Assembly (NCBI GenBank): GCA_963806535.1
Contig: CAWDYC010000003.1
Location: forward strand, 352,001-416,000
Direction: 5' to 3'
Source of the DNA: Candidatus Bathyarchaeota archaeon
GTDB taxonomy: Archaea > Thermoproteota > Bathyarchaeia > Bathyarchaeales > Bathycorpusculaceae
DNA: 64,000 nucleotides
Below are positions 20,479 to 29,995 of this stretch, piece after piece; position 1 is the first letter of the stretch; the number at the start of each line of letters is the position of its first letter. Below the pieces are notes generated by a model. It ran no database searches. It worked only from the letters and a program-made list of their open reading frames with translations, and was not told where the DNA came from. The position numbers and the translations under genes are program-made.

Positions 20479-22137
20479 ATGGGTAGCAAGAGTAAAATTT
20501 TTGCCATAGTTATGATTGTCATAATGGCTTTTTCAAGTCTAATAATATTCGGCTCTATGCCTTTTGGATTTGCTCAAAGCGGAACAACCGTTAGCAGCCA
20601 AATAATAAGCTCAGATACAACTTGGAACAAAGCAAACAGCCCATACATGCTTATTTCATCCGTCATTGTTAGCAGCGGCGCCACCTTAACCATCCAACCC
20701 GGCGTAACCGTAGACATCGCCCAAGACAACAACCTGCAGATAGATGGAGCCCTCAATGCAACCGGGTCAAAGGCTGATAACATCCAATTCATCGGGGCCG
20801 GAAGCCTCATTTTAGACTCATGCAGTCTAGGCTGGAACCAGACGACAGGTTCAGGCTGCATAATTGAGTGCGCAAAAATAAGTCTTTATTCATTCACGAT
20901 CTGTTGCTCAGCAAAAATAAACGACAATACTATAATATGTGGCATCTATCCATGGGGCGGTTCCCCACAAATCATCAACAACAATGTTGTGGGCCAAATT
21001 TGGGGCAACGAAAGCGTACAGTCCCCTCTAATCCTAAATAACACTGTTAGAGGCTGCATTTACATCCCCGCGGGGTCACCTGTAATTTCCCAAAACGTTG
21101 TGACGGGTGTTGAGGGAGGAACTACCAACGGTTCCTCATACATTCCATCATCGCTTTGCACAGCAATCATGGGTGGACCAGGTTCCTACGGGACACAGCT
21201 TAACGCCGTCATAACAGACAACACAATCACCTGCGGTCTCGATGGCATCAGTTGGGGAGGCGGGGAAGAGGCAACAATCGAAAACAACTTTATCGCTAAC
21301 TGCTCTCGGTACGGCATGATGGTTGATTCAACTGCCTTTGTAGAAAACAACACCCTAGTTAACAACGTAGTTGGCCTTCTACTTTCCAACTTCAACTCAG
21401 GTATCTATACCCCTATTCCAACGCCTCCAATAATTAGGGGTAACAACATCCTCAACAGCAGCAAATACAACATTTACTCTTACTGTAGCATGAACCTCAC
21501 AGCAACCTACAACTGGTGGGGAACAACTGACCCGATGGCAATCGCCCAAACAGTATACGATCACACGTTCGATTCAAACTTGGGAACAATAACTTGCATC
21601 CCATGCTTAACCCAAGCCAACCCATTAGCCTACCCCAACCCATCAGCACCTCTCACCTACCCAGTCACCACAAACACGCCTACACAAGCCCCGACACCGA
21701 CATCAACCGACAACAACACATCCACAGAGACAACCTCAACTAATTACTTCTCAATAGACTCCAATAGTACCGTTACCGACCTCACCTTCAACTCAACAAA
21801 TTCCCATCTAAGCTTCACCTTAAGCGGACCCACTGGGACAGCAGGCTATGCAAAAGTTACGATAGCTAAAATATTGATGCCAAATGGCAACCTTGAGGTT
21901 TTTATGGACGAAACCCAAATTCCTTCTTTAGTGAACTCAAACGGTAGTTACTGGATAATAACGTTCAACTATCATCACAGCACCCACCGTGTAATTATAA
22001 ACTCTATTGATCGATCACAGCTTAACCCGGTTGCTTTAGGACAATACCAACTTTTGATATTAGGCGCCATCATAGTCGCACTTACAGCCTTTGGCGGTCT
22101 AATTTTTTATGTCACCAAAAAGAAAGAGAAGATTTAG
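20479..22137 (+). CDS. Secreted right-handed beta-helix surface protein with C-terminal membrane anchor
   Basis: Signal peptide, DTTW...SPY...GATLTIQPGV, IxNN repeats, NWWG, Thr/Pro linker, TM plus KKK tail. Confidence 0.8.
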   Translation: MGSKSKIFAIVMIVIMAFSSLIIFGSMPFGFAQSGTTVSSQIISSDTTWNKANSPYMLISSVIVSSGATLTIQPGVTVDIAQDNNLQIDGALNATGSKADNIQFIGAGSLILDSCSLGWNQTTGSGCIIECAKISLYSFTICCSAKINDNTIICGIYPWGGSPQIINNNVVGQIWGNESVQSPLILNNTVRGCIYIPAGSPVISQNVVTGVEGGTTNGSSYIPSSLCTAIMGGPGSYGTQLNAVITDNTITCGLDGISWGGGEEATIENNFIANCSRYGMMVDSTAFVENNTLVNNVVGLLLSNFNSGIYTPIPTPPIIRGNNILNSSKYNIYSYCSMNLTATYNWWGTTDPMAIAQTVYDHTFDSNLGTITCIPCLTQANPLAYPNPSAPLTYPVTTNTPTQAPTPTSTDNNTSTETTSTNYFSIDSNSTVTDLTFNSTNSHLSFTLSGPTGTAGYAKVTIAKILMPNGNLEVFMDETQIPSLVNSNGSYWIITFNYHHSTHRVIINSIDRSQLNPVALGQYQLLILGAIIVALTAFGGLIFYVTKKKEKI

Positions 22138-22282
22138 TAGAAGTTGCATGCTTCTACACGTTTCTCTGCTTCTTCATAAAACCGCAGAAATTTCACAAAA
22201 AGAAAGCTGCAGTTTTTGAAGAGGAAGAGAAAGTAACAGAAACTCATGTGATCTGTTCTGGGCCACAATCGTGTTCTTTTTT

Positions 22283-22687
22283 CTAAATCCACTTTGTTTT
22301 TGTTTCTCTAATTTGATTTATGTGCTTATCATCTGTTAGAACGCAGTCTGCCGACATTTTGATTGCTGTGGCTGCTATGATTGCATCAGCGGTTGGCAAC
22401 TCTGCATATTTGCATCGCAGTTTCGCAGCCTCTTTGGCGATAGAGGTATCAAGATTTACAACTTCTAACCTTAATTCGAGAACAGAATTAATTCTAATTT
22501 CCGCAACATCTTTACCAAAAGTTTCCAATTGAATTTTGTACAGCTCAAGGATCACTATAGAAGGGACCATGCCAAAATTTTCTTTTCTTTCAAGATAGTC
22601 AAGCATCGACTTTGACCATTTTCTGAACTCAGCATTTTTGCTTTCAAGACTAGCGATGAAGAACCGAGTATCTAATACAATTTTCAT
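22283..22687 (-). CDS. vapC: PIN-domain toxin VapC
   Basis: IVLDT, ILE, ADAIIAATA, LTDD. Confidence 0.9.
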   Translation of the reverse strand: MKIVLDTRFFIASLESKNAEFRKWSKSMLDYLERKENFGMVPSIVILELYKIQLETFGKDVAEIRINSVLELRLEVVNLDTSIAKEAAKLRCKYAELPTADAIIAATAIKMSADCVLTDDKHINQIRETKTKWI

Positions 22688-22914
22688 CAGTATCTATCTT
22701 CTGAGCGCATCTTGTCTAATTTTTTCAGCGTTTGGTCCAGGTCCACTTTGTCAGCGTCGGCGCCGATTAAATCTTGAAACCGAGGGATAACCTTAAGGAC
22801 AATCCCTGATGGAGAGTCTTCGAAGAGTACTTTCACACCTTGACTTATGCAATATTTTCGTCTTAATTCAACAGGAACGGTTACCTGCCCTTTACGGGTT
22901 ACTTGTGAATCCAT
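22687..22914 (-). CDS. vapB: AbrB/MazE/SpoVT antitoxin
   Basis: VTRKGQVTVPVELR; 1-nt overlap with vapC. Confidence 0.9.
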   Translation of the reverse strand: MDSQVTRKGQVTVPVELRRKYCISQGVKVLFEDSPSGIVLKVIPRFQDLIGADADKVDLDQTLKKLDKMRSEDRY

Positions 22915-23187
22915 AGTTCAACATCAACTTCAAAGTACTACAAATTTACTAAGGTTAAACTATGATATAAAGAATTTGTGAGGAAAATGGCGTGAACCAG
23001 AATAAAAATAAAACCTAAACCTACAAGAGATTAAAAATTGCTGTCAAATCAAGTTTCTTGCCCATTGAAAACTTTCTTGACAGGTCTTTAATCGCGCTTA
23101 AAGATTTTAGTGATTCATTTTAGTTAGGCAGTTAGCTTTGAAACCTGGCAATCTCAGCTTAGAATTGTGTCTAAGAGTATTCGTCTA

Positions 23188-23242
23188 AGTAAACAAACTT
23201 TGACTAATTCGAGTCAAGAGATCTTTACGAGAATCCTTTTAT
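23188..23242 (+). repeat. Junction element C (double box plus BRE/TATA)
   Basis: AGTAAA-caaact-TTGACT-aattcg-AGTCAA-gagatc-TTTACG-agaatcc-TTTTAT. Confidence 0.85.
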
Positions 23243-23268
23243 CTATTGCCTGAAAAACCTATGTTCAA

Positions 23269-24729
23269 ATGAACAAGATAACATTAGTTCCAGCTGTTAT
23301 AGTTGTTGTGATTTTGTTTTCTTCTCTTCCAACCAATGGGATTGCAGCGAATGCAAATTCAGATAATACATTGTTCCATAGTTTCCAAATGCACCCATCC
23401 TTGACGCAATCAATAATGCCCATCGAATCTTCTGTTGCAGATGACGAAACTCCACCGAATATACAATGGGTCCAACAATACGTTGCAAACTACTCCGCAG
23501 ATTATGCAAATCGAGTTATTCAAACAACCGATAGTGGATTTGCCATTGCTGGAATTATTGGCGCCCATAAGTATTCAGTTCCTATTGGATGGCTTGTGAA
23601 AACGGACTCGCTGGGCAATGTTGAATGGAATCAAACCTTCACCGTTGTTAGCGGGAACTTGACTTACAACCTTGAAAGCATAGCAGGCTTAGTGCAGACT
23701 AAAGATAGGGGATACGCAATTGCAGGCACGGAAGCTTCTTTTCCAAGCAGCGAGATGGCGTATGCCTCTAGTACAGTTGCTATTTTGTTCAGGACTGATA
23801 GCTTAGGAAACATCAAATGGAATAAAACATACTCCGAACTCAACGGAGTATCTTTTATGATACAAACTGGTGATGAAGGATACGCCTTAGCTGGCGATTA
23901 TTCTCTTGTTAAAACTGACTCTAAAGGTAAGGAGCAGTGGCAAAAATCCTATCAAGATAATGTTTTCAAACCAAACGTTGAAAACCAGAATTTACTCTCC
24001 TTCGAGCAAACTACTGACGGAGGATACGCTCTTCTAACTAGTGACAATATATTATTCAAGGTTAATCCCTCTGGGGGCTTACAATGGAAGCAAAACTATC
24101 AACTAGGCGCGTCAGTTTATGGAGCTCCTGGATTCATTAACTCTTTTATCCAAACTACCGATGGAGGTTATGTTCTGGGCGGCAGGACATACACTTCGAA
24201 TGCGAGCGACGGCATTGTTTCACTAATTAAAACTAACTCCAAAGGAATCGTACAATGGAATAGCACATACGGTCCAGATGGATCAAGTATAGCCGCTTTG
24301 ATTCAGGCAAACGATGGCGGCATTGCTTTTGCAGGAACGCTGCCTGGTCAAAGTAATTATCCTTCAAATCTTGTTTGGCTTGCCAAGACCGACCCTGCTG
24401 GAAAAGTGCAGTGGAGCCAAACCAACAACAATACTGCGATAGGGTTTTCCATGTATAGTTTAGGTGGCAGCTTCTCTGTGAGTTGGCTTATTGAAACCAG
24501 TGATGGAGGCTTTATGATATCTGGCTCATGGAACATAGGAAATACTTTTTTAGAAACTACTTACTACTTGGCAAAAACCGCGCCTTCATTACCCGCTCCC
24601 CTTCCATCACCTACCGTTCCAGAGGCTCCATCATTTACAATTCCAGTGTTGCTTAGTCTAATAGCGGCGGTTAGTTTGTTGGTTCACTTCAAAAAATACA
24701 ACCAGAGCGGTTTAGTCAAGAAAGTTTGA
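23269..24729 (+). CDS. Secreted beta-propeller repeat surface protein with TM anchor
   Basis: Repeated QTxDGGYxxxG...KTDSxGxxxW blades; ends PTVPEA-TM-LLVHFKK. Confidence 0.8.
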   Translation: MNKITLVPAVIVVVILFSSLPTNGIAANANSDNTLFHSFQMHPSLTQSIMPIESSVADDETPPNIQWVQQYVANYSADYANRVIQTTDSGFAIAGIIGAHKYSVPIGWLVKTDSLGNVEWNQTFTVVSGNLTYNLESIAGLVQTKDRGYAIAGTEASFPSSEMAYASSTVAILFRTDSLGNIKWNKTYSELNGVSFMIQTGDEGYALAGDYSLVKTDSKGKEQWQKSYQDNVFKPNVENQNLLSFEQTTDGGYALLTSDNILFKVNPSGGLQWKQNYQLGASVYGAPGFINSFIQTTDGGYVLGGRTYTSNASDGIVSLIKTNSKGIVQWNSTYGPDGSSIAALIQANDGGIAFAGTLPGQSNYPSNLVWLAKTDPAGKVQWSQTNNNTAIGFSMYSLGGSFSVSWLIETSDGGFMISGSWNIGNTFLETTYYLAKTAPSLPAPLPSPTVPEAPSFTIPVLLSLIAAVSLLVHFKKYNQSGLVKKV

Positions 24730-24744
24730 CGATAACTCTTTTAT
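24714..24744 (+). repeat. Junction element D (single box plus TATA, overlapping upstream stop)
   Basis: AGTCAA-gaaagt-TTGACG-ataactc-TTTTAT. Confidence 0.85.
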
Positions 24745-24769
24745 ATTAAGAGACTTCCAATTCCAAATC

Positions 24770-25342
24770 ATGGTGAGCTTCAAGAAAGCATATTCGGCTT
24801 TGATAATTGTTGTACTCTTAATTGCATTTGCTGGAACAGTATTTTACTATAGCATGTTAGTAAATAACGACAAATCTAAAATAGAATCGCTAAAAAATGA
24901 AGTAACAAATCTAACCAGTCAAGTTGCAGATATGAGCAGCCAAATAACTAATCTGACCGGTCAAATAACGGATTTAAAAATTGCAAATCTTGTTACAGCA
25001 TTGGCTATTAGGGACACGCACAATCCTCTACTGGAATACAATTTTCTTTACGTTACGGGGTCAGTTAATAATACTGGAAAAGCAATGGCGCATAATGCTG
25101 GATTGTATGTGGTTGCTTACGCCACTGATGGCTCATTGTTAGTGAACATGACTTTGCCAGTAGGCGGAGGATGGTTTGGAACTGATGCTGAGATTAGCGC
25201 TTATGTTTCGAATCGTTTTGGAGCAAGTTCCATGGAACTTACAAATTTATTTGGTGGACAGGCTACGAATGTTGATTTAGCTATTTTTCACGAAGGCATT
25301 GTTTCAAATTGGACCGTAAAACCAGTTTGGACAAATTCGTAG
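24770..25342 (+). CDS. Membrane-anchored coiled-coil plus Ig-like (FxLYD-like) protein
   Basis: N-terminal TM, heptads (LTSQVADMSSQITNLTGQI), C-terminal YVTGSVNNTG beta domain. Confidence 0.7.
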   Translation: MVSFKKAYSALIIVVLLIAFAGTVFYYSMLVNNDKSKIESLKNEVTNLTSQVADMSSQITNLTGQITDLKIANLVTALAIRDTHNPLLEYNFLYVTGSVNNTGKAMAHNAGLYVVAYATDGSLLVNMTLPVGGGWFGTDAEISAYVSNRFGASSMELTNLFGGQATNVDLAIFHEGIVSNWTVKPVWTNS

Positions 25343-25395
25343 GTAGTTATTTCTCAGTTTTAAAATTTTTCAAGTTGCAGTTTTCTGGGTATGGG

Positions 25396-25440
25396 ACTGG
25401 GTTGTTGGTTTACTTCAAGAAACACCGCAGAGCAGCGTAG
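25396..25440 (+). pseudogene. Orphan C-terminal membrane-anchor remnant
   Basis: Intergenic DNA reads TGLLVYFKKHRRAA*, matching the tails of genes ending at 24729 and 28325. Confidence 0.6.
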
Positions 25441-25502
25441 TCAAGAAATCTGCACTAAAAAATCACTGCTTAGTCCAGAAATCTATACAAAAATCCTTTT
25501 AT
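25439..25502 (+). repeat. Junction element E (two degenerate boxes plus TATA)
   Basis: AGTCAA-gaaatc-TGCACT ... AGTCCA-gaaatc-TATACA-aaaatcc-TTTTAT. Confidence 0.7.
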
Positions 25503-25567
25503 CAATATGAAATTTAAGGTAACAATCAGGCTTTAAGATGCAATTAAGGTTTGACGGAGCCTAAAAA

Positions 25568-27361
25568 ATGAAGAAAATTGTCTTAGTGGCAATCGCAGTT
25601 TTCCTGATATGTCCAGCCTTCACCCCATACGCCAGGGCTGACTGGGCAACGTTTGGTTCAAATCCAAGCCACACCAGCGTTGAAACAGGAACGTCTACCT
25701 TACCAACTCAAGCTTGGAAGTACACTACTGGTTCCTTTGTTGATTCTGCTCCCGCCGTTGTGGATGGAGTTGTTTATTTTGGCTCCGGAGATTGTCGAAT
25801 ATACGCAGTGAACCAGACAACTGGTCTGCAGATTTGGAATTATTCTACAAGCACTAGCATCTCATCCTCAGCTGCGGTGGCCAACGGCATATTGTACATA
25901 GGATCGGGCGATGGAGACTTCTACGTTCTTAATGCAACTAACGGCGTCAAACTTTGGATGTACGCCACTAATACGGGCTTTCTTTCCTCCCCTGCATATG
26001 ATGATGGAGTTGTCTTTATCGGTTCCATGGACAATAACCTCTATGCTTTCAACGCAGACAGCGGAAACCTGCTTTGGAAATACACTACAAGCAATAGCAT
26101 CGAATCTTCCCCGACAATAGTGAATAATGTTGTCTACATTGGTTCGGATGATCATAACCTATACGCGTTAAATGCAACAAATGGAGTAAAAATCTGGAAT
26201 TCCTCCACAGGCGGGAGAGTTTTTTCTTCTCCAGCTGTAACTAATGGAATAGTTTACGTTGGGTCTTTTGACCACAGCGTATACGCATTTGATGCTTCAT
26301 CCGGTTCATTGGTTTGGAGTTACAAAACTGGCGGCACAGTCTTTTCATCTCCAGCAGTCACTAACGGCATCGTCTACATCGGGTCAGGAGACCACAACAT
26401 TTACGCCTTAAATGCTTCTACCGGAGCGAAAATCTGGAGTTACAGCACAGAAGGGGTAATCTATTCCTACCCAGCAGTTACCAACAACGTGGTCTATTGT
26501 GGATCTTGGGACTACAAAGTCTACGCTTTAGACGCTTCAGACGGCGGTTTTATCTGGAGCTTCCTCACTGGCTCTTACATCCACTCGGCACCAGCAGTAA
26601 GTAACGACTATGTTTACATAGGATCTCAAGATCATAGCGTTTACGCTTTGAACCAAAATACCCTCTCGACAATTCCAATTTCGACTCAAGTTGCAACTGT
26701 TACTCCTTCGGCAATACCTAACTATATTCCACCGTCTAGTGGAGCACCATATCCGACGCCGCCTGATGTTCCCACTTTAGGTCCAGTCATAATTTGCTCA
26801 GTTGGAGATAGCGGAACAAACGTCAAAATTTTTTCCCCCCAAAACCAAAGTTATTCGCGAAGTCAAATTCAACTAAGTTTTTCAGTCATAGCCATTGGAA
26901 TGTTTGGGCAATTTGGCAATGTTGGATACAGCCTAGATGGCGGAACCGTCAAGAGTGTCAACAGTTTCACAAATAAATCAGTGGATACATCAGGCTTCCC
27001 TGACTGGTATTGGTACAAAACAACAGCTTTCGCAAATGTATTATTACCCCAACTCTCTGTAGGAGCTCACAACCTAACAGTTTACTATGGATGGCAATAT
27101 TTGGGAATCCTACAAAACCCCAGTTTACAAAGATACGAAGTGTATGCTTATGCAAATGTCAATTTCACAGTTGCCAACTCCAATAACTTGCTAACTGATA
27201 CAAATACAGATTCTTCAACCAACAACTCTATCACACCGACTCCTTCGCCTTCAATTCCAGAGTTCTCACCATGGACAATTCTGTTCCTGATTAGCCTAAT
27301 AGCAGTAACTGGAGTGTGGTCTACCACAAAAAAACTCATAAGAAGGACAGAGCATGAGTAA
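25568..27361 (+). CDS. PQQ-like beta-propeller surface protein with PEF-CTERM-like sorting signal
   Basis: About eight 40-aa repeats SSPAV.NG.VY.GS.D..YA.NA..G...W; C-terminal PSIPEF-TM-KK. Confidence 0.88.
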   Translation: MKKIVLVAIAVFLICPAFTPYARADWATFGSNPSHTSVETGTSTLPTQAWKYTTGSFVDSAPAVVDGVVYFGSGDCRIYAVNQTTGLQIWNYSTSTSISSSAAVANGILYIGSGDGDFYVLNATNGVKLWMYATNTGFLSSPAYDDGVVFIGSMDNNLYAFNADSGNLLWKYTTSNSIESSPTIVNNVVYIGSDDHNLYALNATNGVKIWNSSTGGRVFSSPAVTNGIVYVGSFDHSVYAFDASSGSLVWSYKTGGTVFSSPAVTNGIVYIGSGDHNIYALNASTGAKIWSYSTEGVIYSYPAVTNNVVYCGSWDYKVYALDASDGGFIWSFLTGSYIHSAPAVSNDYVYIGSQDHSVYALNQNTLSTIPISTQVATVTPSAIPNYIPPSSGAPYPTPPDVPTLGPVIICSVGDSGTNVKIFSPQNQSYSRSQIQLSFSVIAIGMFGQFGNVGYSLDGGTVKSVNSFTNKSVDTSGFPDWYWYKTTAFANVLLPQLSVGAHNLTVYYGWQYLGILQNPSLQRYEVYAYANVNFTVANSNNLLTDTNTDSSTNNSITPTPSPSIPEFSPWTILFLISLIAVTGVWSTTKKLIRRTEHE

Positions 27362-28325
27362 GAACGCCACACTGGCGCTTGTTCTCATTTTCTTGGTTCT
27401 GATTGTTACATGTGTATTTTGTGTTGGATTTACTAAGGCTCAATTTCAAGGCGATATTACCATAAATGTTGACGGTAGCGTAACTCCTTCATTAGCACCT
27501 ATTCTGCAATCGGGCAGTCGATATTCTCTGACAAGCAACATTAATGAGAGCATAGTGGTCAATAGGAGCAATATGGTTCTGGATGGTAACGGATACACAA
27601 TATCACAGGCTACAATTTACATATTGAATGTTTCCAATGTAACTGCAAGGAACCTAAGAATTACAAAAAGCTTTCAGGGTATGTCCATAGCTGATTCTTC
27701 AGGAGTAAATATTATCAATAACACGATTACAGAAACGGGTGCATCTTTGCCATTTTCGGAAACATGGGCTATTTCTATTCAAGGTGGTAACTCAAGTCAA
27801 ATAATCGAAAATAACATAATCAACAATATGGTTGGAGTCTTCCTTGCAGAAACCTCTGATAATTTTGTAGTTGGAAATAACATCACAAATTGCTCCAGCA
27901 TCGCCTTCGGTCTTTATAATAGCTCTTACAACATAATTTATCACAACAATATTGTCAATAACTCTCTTCAATTCAAAGACGAGGGCATCGGTTCGTATCC
28001 TTATAGGGTATCTTTGAATACTTGGGATAACGGTTCTATTTCAGGCGGCAACTATTGGAGCGATTACAAATTAAAGTATCCTGGCTCAAGTGAAATCAAT
28101 CATTCAGGAATCTGGAATGCCAGTTATGTGATTGACCAAAACAACGTTGACAATTATCCACTTACTCAACAAATCGACATTTCTGCTATAGCGCTTACTC
28201 CAGCTCCATCACCTATTGAACAAACTCAAATTCCAATAATGCCGATTGCTGTTTCTGTTGCAATTGCATTAGCTGTGATTGCTGGTTTATTGGTTTACTC
28301 CAAAAAACACCGTGAAGCAGTCTAG
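27354..28325 (+). CDS. NosD/CASH-like beta-helix surface protein with TM anchor
   Basis: ITINVDGSV, LDGNG, NN-rich coils, GNYWSDY, DNYPL, GLLVYSKKH tail. Confidence 0.82.
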   Translation: MSKNATLALVLIFLVLIVTCVFCVGFTKAQFQGDITINVDGSVTPSLAPILQSGSRYSLTSNINESIVVNRSNMVLDGNGYTISQATIYILNVSNVTARNLRITKSFQGMSIADSSGVNIINNTITETGASLPFSETWAISIQGGNSSQIIENNIINNMVGVFLAETSDNFVVGNNITNCSSIAFGLYNSSYNIIYHNNIVNNSLQFKDEGIGSYPYRVSLNTWDNGSISGGNYWSDYKLKYPGSSEINHSGIWNASYVIDQNNVDNYPLTQQIDISAIALTPAPSPIEQTQIPIMPIAVSVAIALAVIAGLLVYSKKHREAV

Positions 28326-28354
28326 TCAAGAAAGTTTGACGAAAAAGAATTTAT
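28324..28354 (+). repeat. Junction element F (single box plus TATA)
   Basis: AGTCAA-gaaagt-TTGACG-aaaaaga-ATTTAT; the 18-bp box is identical to D. Confidence 0.85.
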
Positions 28355-28403
28355 TTATTTGGTGCAAGAACTATTCTGCACGAACGTAGAAGAGCAGATT
28401 GAT

Positions 28404-29720
28404 TTGAAAGCAAAATCGGTAACCACGATTGCCATTTTCGCTCTCTTGATTTTGTTTGCAGGTCAGTTCATTCATAATACTGAAGGTAATGCTGTTTGGG
28501 CGCCTACAGAACCTAATATGGATCAACCCGCATTAGCTATACAATCTCCGATTAACGATTATATATACACTGGCGATTTCGTTCCACTAAACTTAACGGT
28601 AATTAAACCAGCATCATGGGGTGAAGCAGGAAATCCAAACATTTATTATTGGAGTGGAATAGCTTATGTTCATTACATCTTAGATGGAATCACATATTCA
28701 CTTTTTGAAGCGAAACTCATCAATCCAATTCCACAAGACTTGTTACCAGTAGTTTCCAATTTTTCAGCGAGCCTTAAAGGGCTATCAAACGGGGAACATA
28801 GTTTGAAGGTAATTGTTTATGCTCTAAACCAGTGGTGTCCAACTAGGGGTGGGGATATGGATTCTTCGATTCCTCCTTTCTATTCTTATAACATGACTGT
28901 AGAATCTGAAACAATTCACTTTACAACAACTGAAACAACTTCCGCGCCTACCTCAGTTCCAAATTTGCCATCCATTCTAACACCTACTTCAACATCTCAA
29001 CAAGAAATAGTCGCCATGCCATTGGAATACATCAATTATACAATCACAAGCATCAACGGCAAACTATGGGCTAAAATTGATGGAGAATACCCAATTTATA
29101 TCATGAACCCATCAGATTTTGGTTCTAGCGGAATTTTTCCGATGGTTTACCCCATGCCTCCTGGATCAACCAACATTCATGTAACCTTAGGAGATAAAGA
29201 GTTTAGTTGGACAAATTACACTGCGATTCTTCCAAGTGCGACCCATCGTACAGCAATAGGAGACTGGTGGATGATCTACACTTATGTGAGCAATGTTTCA
29301 GATTCGTTTGATCTCAAAATCCACTATGAACATCCTATCGAAATCATTAATGGAAGCTGCTTATTTCTCTATGATCTAAACATCAGCCCATACTTATCTC
29401 CACAAAGCAACAATTCCACAGCTTACTTCACAATACGCTTGGAAACAAACGCAACAAATTTCAAAGTTTTCACCGCTCAACCTGAGGCCAAATGGACTCC
29501 CTTGAATTACACTGTCACGAAAGAAAATTCAGAAGATATGCTTGCCATTCAAGTGCACTCAGAATATTCTAAGCCATTACCTGGTGATTTGATAGTAACA
29601 TTTCCGAGTGTTGACCAGGGTTCAAAGTTTTCAGTACCAATAGTCCTTATAACAATTATAGCACTCATTATTTCTGCAATATTTGTTACAGTCGTTCTTA
29701 AGCATCGAAAGAAGCGCTAA
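28404..29720 (+). CDS. Secreted Ig-like multidomain surface protein with TM anchor
   Basis: Signal peptide after TTG 28404, IQSP...YILDG...GLSNGEHSL Ig-like domain, Thr/Ser linker, TM plus KHRKKR. Confidence 0.75.
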   Translation: MKAKSVTTIAIFALLILFAGQFIHNTEGNAVWAPTEPNMDQPALAIQSPINDYIYTGDFVPLNLTVIKPASWGEAGNPNIYYWSGIAYVHYILDGITYSLFEAKLINPIPQDLLPVVSNFSASLKGLSNGEHSLKVIVYALNQWCPTRGGDMDSSIPPFYSYNMTVESETIHFTTTETTSAPTSVPNLPSILTPTSTSQQEIVAMPLEYINYTITSINGKLWAKIDGEYPIYIMNPSDFGSSGIFPMVYPMPPGSTNIHVTLGDKEFSWTNYTAILPSATHRTAIGDWWMIYTYVSNVSDSFDLKIHYEHPIEIINGSCLFLYDLNISPYLSPQSNNSTAYFTIRLETNATNFKVFTAQPEAKWTPLNYTVTKENSEDMLAIQVHSEYSKPLPGDLIVTFPSVDQGSKFSVPIVLITIIALIISAIFVTVVLKHRKKR

Positions 29721-29995
29721 CTTTAGAGAATAAGGATAAAAGAACAACGGCTGAAAAAACAATTCTTGCAATTGTGTCTCTCTTCCATATGTCATCTCAT
29801 CACACACAGAAGCAGAATGGATGAGTAAAAAGAAAACATAATCTGGAATATTTTCAGTTCTTTCCATGCTTCAACAATAAAACTTGCAAGCGCTCTAATA
29901 CCAAACCTTTTTTCCGCAATGTGCTGCCCCACTTATTTTCTAATCGTTTGTTCATTCCCTAATTTTGTAGTTCTATGAAAAATGGTCGAAGTTGT

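Noticed and set aside
25700-26660. ~120-bp periodic DNA repeats
   Set aside because: Explained by the PQQ-like propeller blades of the encoded protein.
19477-28354. Junction elements as canonical integron attC sites or a CRISPR array
   Set aside because: There are no RYYYAAC/GTTRRRY ends and no IntI in the window. Spacing is gene-sized, not 30-40 bp spacers, and no cas genes are present.
29631-29867. 78-aa minus-strand ORF
   Set aside because: Overlaps the end of the surface-protein gene and has no motif support.
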